From positions 62,001 through 126,000 of the forward strand of contig BCGN01000006.1 of NCBI GenBank assembly GCA_001599295.1: 64,000 bases of DNA, in the 5' to 3' direction. The position numbers and the translations under genes are program-made. The notes under the pieces were generated by a model. That model had not been told where the DNA came from, did not search any database, and saw only the letters and a list, made by a program, of their open reading frames with translations. The stretch comes from Sporopachydermia quercuum (taxonomy: Eukaryota). Positions 60,201 through 64,000 of this stretch are shown piece after piece (position 1 is the stretch's first letter; each line of letters starts with the position of its first letter).

Positions 60201-63200
60201 TGGTGATATTGATTTCTCTAGAGATGGATCACCTTCCGGAACCATTTCTGAAGTTGCTTCCGATGGTGGAAGAAGCGGTAGTAGTAAAGTTGCAGGAATA
60301 GTTCCTTCAGCTATCGGCGATGTGGATGATGTTGACGTTGATGTAGAGGATGCATTAAATGGACGTGGAAGTGGTGCAGCTATCGATGTTGATGACTCTG
60401 TTTCCAATTGGACTGAATCAGAAACAGCTGACAGATCTGAAATTGACTCTGTTTCCGACTCAGATTCAGAATCCGAGTCCGTTTCAGAAGCAGAAGCAGA
60501 ATCAGAGAACGAAGCTACTACTGTGCGTGCTGTAGATGATGACAAGGTGGGACCTAAGCCAAGCGAGTTTCATGTCGAGTCCGATTTAGAATCGGAGTCA
60601 GGCAAATCCTTTAATTCCCCTTCAGAACATCTTGAAGACAACGCGTTGCCTTCCCGACTGAAGACTGAATCTGAATCCAACTCTGACTCTGAGGTAAAAG
60701 TAGAAGCAACACCTCAGGTGAATATCATTGAAACAACGAAAGCCGAAGTTGTAGACCGAGAAAAGAAAGGGGAAGAAGGCATTGGTAAAGAAGAAAGAGA
60801 ACCATTAAGTGATCCGTTTGAAAAAGAGTTTTCAGAGCCAATGGACTCATCTGTATCCGACGAGTATGAAAAAATCAATCTAATCCCAACTGCTTCGACA
60901 AGTGTTGGTGATACTGAGACAACTGGACACTCTCAAGAATCGTTTGAAGTAGTTGAAGTTCCAAAGGAAGATATTGAAGATGAAGCACCGGTAACAAAAT
61001 CATTGGCAGCAACTGTAGGCGCAGCAGAGGCTGGAATCAAGGAAGAAAGTGTTACTGTACACTCAAAGGTTGCAGCTGAAAATATAACCGAAGAAGCAAA
61101 GGAAGAAACAGCAGGAGATGAGAATGAACAAGATACTATTAAAGGAGTTGCTGAGCAGTTATCAGGTACTCAGTTAGCTGTCAGTGGAGATGATGTTGAA
61201 GCTAGTTCTATTGAACCTAAGGAAACTGTCGAGTCTAATGATACTGTTAAGCTTGCCGAAGACAAGCCTGATGAAAGTATTGAAACTGCTGAAGAAGCTA
61301 CACCAGTGGTCGAGACAGCAGATGCAGAGCCACCCAAAGAAAAAGAAAACAAAGTTGTTGATTCAATCACTGCACCAGTTTCTGCAACAATTGCAGCAGG
61401 CGTCACTGCAGCTACATTTACTGGCGCAATTACAAGTTTCGTTGGTTCTTCTGATGGCATGTCACCAATGACTGCTACTNAATCAGATCCTAATACTGTT
61501 ACTGGACCAATGGAACAGGAAACATCATCCTCTGATCTCTCAAGTTCTGTCTTTATTCAGTCGATTCCTACAAATAATGTACCTTCCAACGTACCAAAGG
61601 ATGCAAGCATTCAATCAGAGACCCTGACTGCGCCTAAATCTGTTACTGTCACTAAGAAAGATGAGACTGCAAATGAAGAAAAAGAAGTCTTAAGAAATAC
61701 TGATAGTACTGAGCCCAGTGAAACCGTTAATTCAGATCAAACCATTACAGCTGTTGAACCTAAAGAAGAAGAAGAACCAAAATCAGCAATACAACTAGTT
61801 AGCACCGAGCCAGGTCCTCCAGATGTTTCCATTGACAACAGCCAAGATGCGTTGAATAGATTTTTGGATACAGAAGAAATTACAGAGAAAGATCAAAAAG
61901 TAGCTAAACCTCAACTTGAGAACGCTGAAACTGAACCAGAACCAGATGCTAGTGGAGCACTAGAAACTTCAGAAAGGCCAGGAGCAGCAGTTATATCAGC
62001 TGCTACCGAACCAGAATTCACTGCTGAATCAGAAACTCGACCAGCAGAGCCAACCAACGAATCTCGAATTGTTGATGAAAGCGCCACTGAAGAGTTACGC
62101 GCTTCTGATGCAGCCGGAAGAACTAGTACAGTTAAGAAAGAAGAAGCATCAGATGGTGAGGACGATATTGGATACTATTCTGCTGAAGAAATTCAAGAAG
62201 AGATAGTAGAGCAAGTTGGTAAATCAACAGAATCGAGCGCCGTTGTGGACATTGACCATGAAGAGCCTGAGCAAAATCAACCATCAGTTGAACCAGTGGG
62301 GGAACCAGTTGCAGTTGCATCACCACCTGAATCAAAGACCAAATCTGATTCTACTAATGTCCACAAAGCAAGTACTACTTTTGATGATGCACTTGAATCA
62401 GAGTTCTCTGATATGAGTGAAGCAGTCGAGATTGCTGACAAACAACCTGCTTTAGATGTTCCTCCAACTACCGGTAAGTCACCGACTACTGCTGCTCAAC
62501 CTANTTTTGAAGATTTTGATAACGAGTTCACCGATTTGAAACCTGCTGATGATTTGAGGAACAATATATTTGATAGCAGTTTCAGTGATAATGATTCACA
62601 ACCAGCTAAGCCTTTCGAAACTGCAACTTCAACGGTGAACACTACTCAGTCCGATCATGCTCAAGGTCAAAGTGTACCCGATTTTGACTCTGAGTTTGCT
62701 GATTTCGACAATTCCCAGGCAGNTACTGCATCGCTTGACTTCGCTAATAATAAAGAGATTTTTTCTTTTGATGTCGATAAAGCATCAAGTCAACCTACCG
62801 CTCTTTTTTCCAACGGATTCTCAGGCGATGTTGGTGGCTGGAGTGAAGCTGCTAATCAATTAAAGGAAGAAGAAAACCCGGAGGATGAATGGGATCAAAT
62901 TTTCTCTGGAATGGCAAGCGCAGCTGTCACTGATACAACAGAAGATCAAATGGGTCTTGATAATTCTAATATTCACAGCTTGGGATTAGATAGTAATGAA
63001 TCTCAAGATATTTTCAGCAGCGGAGCAATTTCTCTTCCCGAGGGAGCGCAAGAGGAACTATCACATCCGGAATTAGCACCGGGATTCAGTAGTTCCAACG
63101 CTACAGAAACAGAAATGACACCGAAGTCAATGGCCATTGCTGAACTTGTTGGTATGGGATTTCCATTACAAGCAGCAACTGATGCNCTAGAGAAAGAGAA

Positions 63201-63246
63201 CTGGAATTTAGATCAAGCTACCAATTATTTGCTTGACCATGCGTAA
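57209..63246 (+). CDS. EDE1: Eps15-like endocytic scaffold (3 EH domains, coiled coil, UBA), two exons, about 1976 aa
   Basis: Exon 1 57209-57227 (MDNIPQ). Intron 57228-57334 (GTATGT..TACTAAC..CAG). EH repeats (LASIWQCAD, LAHIWALCD, LMVIWELAD), FVPTSSFGQS, coiled coil, LPIVRPQSATSSVQNNAP.SVRG, and C-terminal UBA TPKSMAIAELVGMGF...A...LEKENWNLDQATNYLLD. Confidence 0.95.
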
Positions 63247-63595
63247 GCACTCTGTTCCTTGTTCTTTGTCCTTGATGATGAATGTGACGAATTTGATTTA
63301 TGAGTGACAAGAGTATTATTTACTACCTTTATTTACTAAAGGTTAAAACCCACGTATTTATTGACGTGAATCTTTTGGAGCTCCTAATTTATAATGATAA
63401 ATAATGACAAGCCAATCATTAATTCGTCTTTTAAAACTTCTTTTTATTTATTTTATNGTTCAGTTTAAGAATTATTTGTATCTTCATTTCAATTATTAAA
63501 TTCATTGTGAATCCCTTTANATAAAGTATAGTACATATATATTATCAGCANGGTATGTATTCCTCTCCCAACTCATCATAGCTCATGAGCTGATC

Positions 63596-63938
63596 TCAAG
63601 CAGCTTTCTGCAATAACTTCAACGTTTCATAATACATCTTCTCATTAATCTTGCCTTTCTTCTCTTCGTTTTCATTACCTTTATCTTGTCCATTCTCTAC
63701 GTTATCAAATTGAAGTTCATTTGACACTTGATCTAGTTTATTAAGCTCCGGAAGGACAATTGTTCGAATGTCTTGAGCAGTTTTCATTCCTTGATTTTGA
63801 AGCTGAATAAGAATCTCCTTTTTATTTGAATTCTCTGCTTCCAATTGCACAAGCTGCGTTTTCAACTCGTCTCTTCGTTTTAACTTTCTCTGATAAAGCC
63901 TTAGTTGTATTATTTGTTGTGGATCTAATGTATCAAAA
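63596..63938 (-). CDS. NNF1: Probable 3' exon of kinetochore MIND subunit Nnf1 (5' part probably beyond the window)
   Basis: Branch site CACTAAC (63954-63948) and acceptor TAG (ending 63939) precede FDTLDPQQIIQLRLYQRKLKRRDELKTQLVQLEAEN, which resembles the Nnf1 C-terminal helix and coiled coil as I recall it. NNF1 neighbours the VanZ-like gene in S. cerevisiae. Confidence 0.55.
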
Positions 63939-64000
63939 CTAGTGAGTGTTAGTGTGAGCCTATTAAGTAATGACATAAACTACTGACCTCAGATCATGCA

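Noticed and set aside
42780..63246. Apparent endocytosis gene cluster (TDA2, Rvs167-like, EDE1)
   Set aside because: The genes are interspersed with unrelated ones, TDA2's position is explained by ancestral synteny with VTC1, and no shared regulatory motif was seen.
1..64000. Scattered single 'n' bases
   Set aside because: They are evenly dispersed and do not disturb reading frames, so they look like masking or ambiguity calls rather than biology.

Overview
Eukaryotic, AT-rich budding-yeast (Saccharomycotina) genomic DNA with about 27 protein-coding genes. I recognised no rRNA, tRNA, CRISPR or transposon. Gene order: expansin/RlpA-like secreted protein, ALK1 (haspin), GET1, CKB1, JAC1, ATE1, STF2/TMA10, ECT1, DUF4112 protein, PRP18, TFG2, CUZ1, RPP1, ELA1, an atypical Ras/Rap GTPase, DUF3605 (GIG1/HTC1-like), OCH1, PNC1, VTC1, a three-exon TDA2-like dynein light chain only partly seen by the ORF track, ADE5,7, DHH1, STE7, a BAR-SH3 Rvs167-like paralogue, a VanZ-like membrane protein, a greatly expanded EDE1, and a probable 3' exon of NNF1 at the right edge. 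CTG falls at conserved Leu positions, so the standard code applies. The window is intron-rich for a yeast: I reconstructed about 12 introns in 9 genes by hand. Several gene blocks are syntenic with S. cerevisiae, including blocks that flank CEN7. I see no clearly new multi-gene system. The most unusual items are the Ras/Rsr1 hybrid GTPase, the Ede1 expansion with repeated acidic-aromatic motifs, the BAR-SH3 paralogue with a split SH3 domain, and non-canonical splicing signals. All family and synteny calls come from remembered motifs and gene names, not from database searches.
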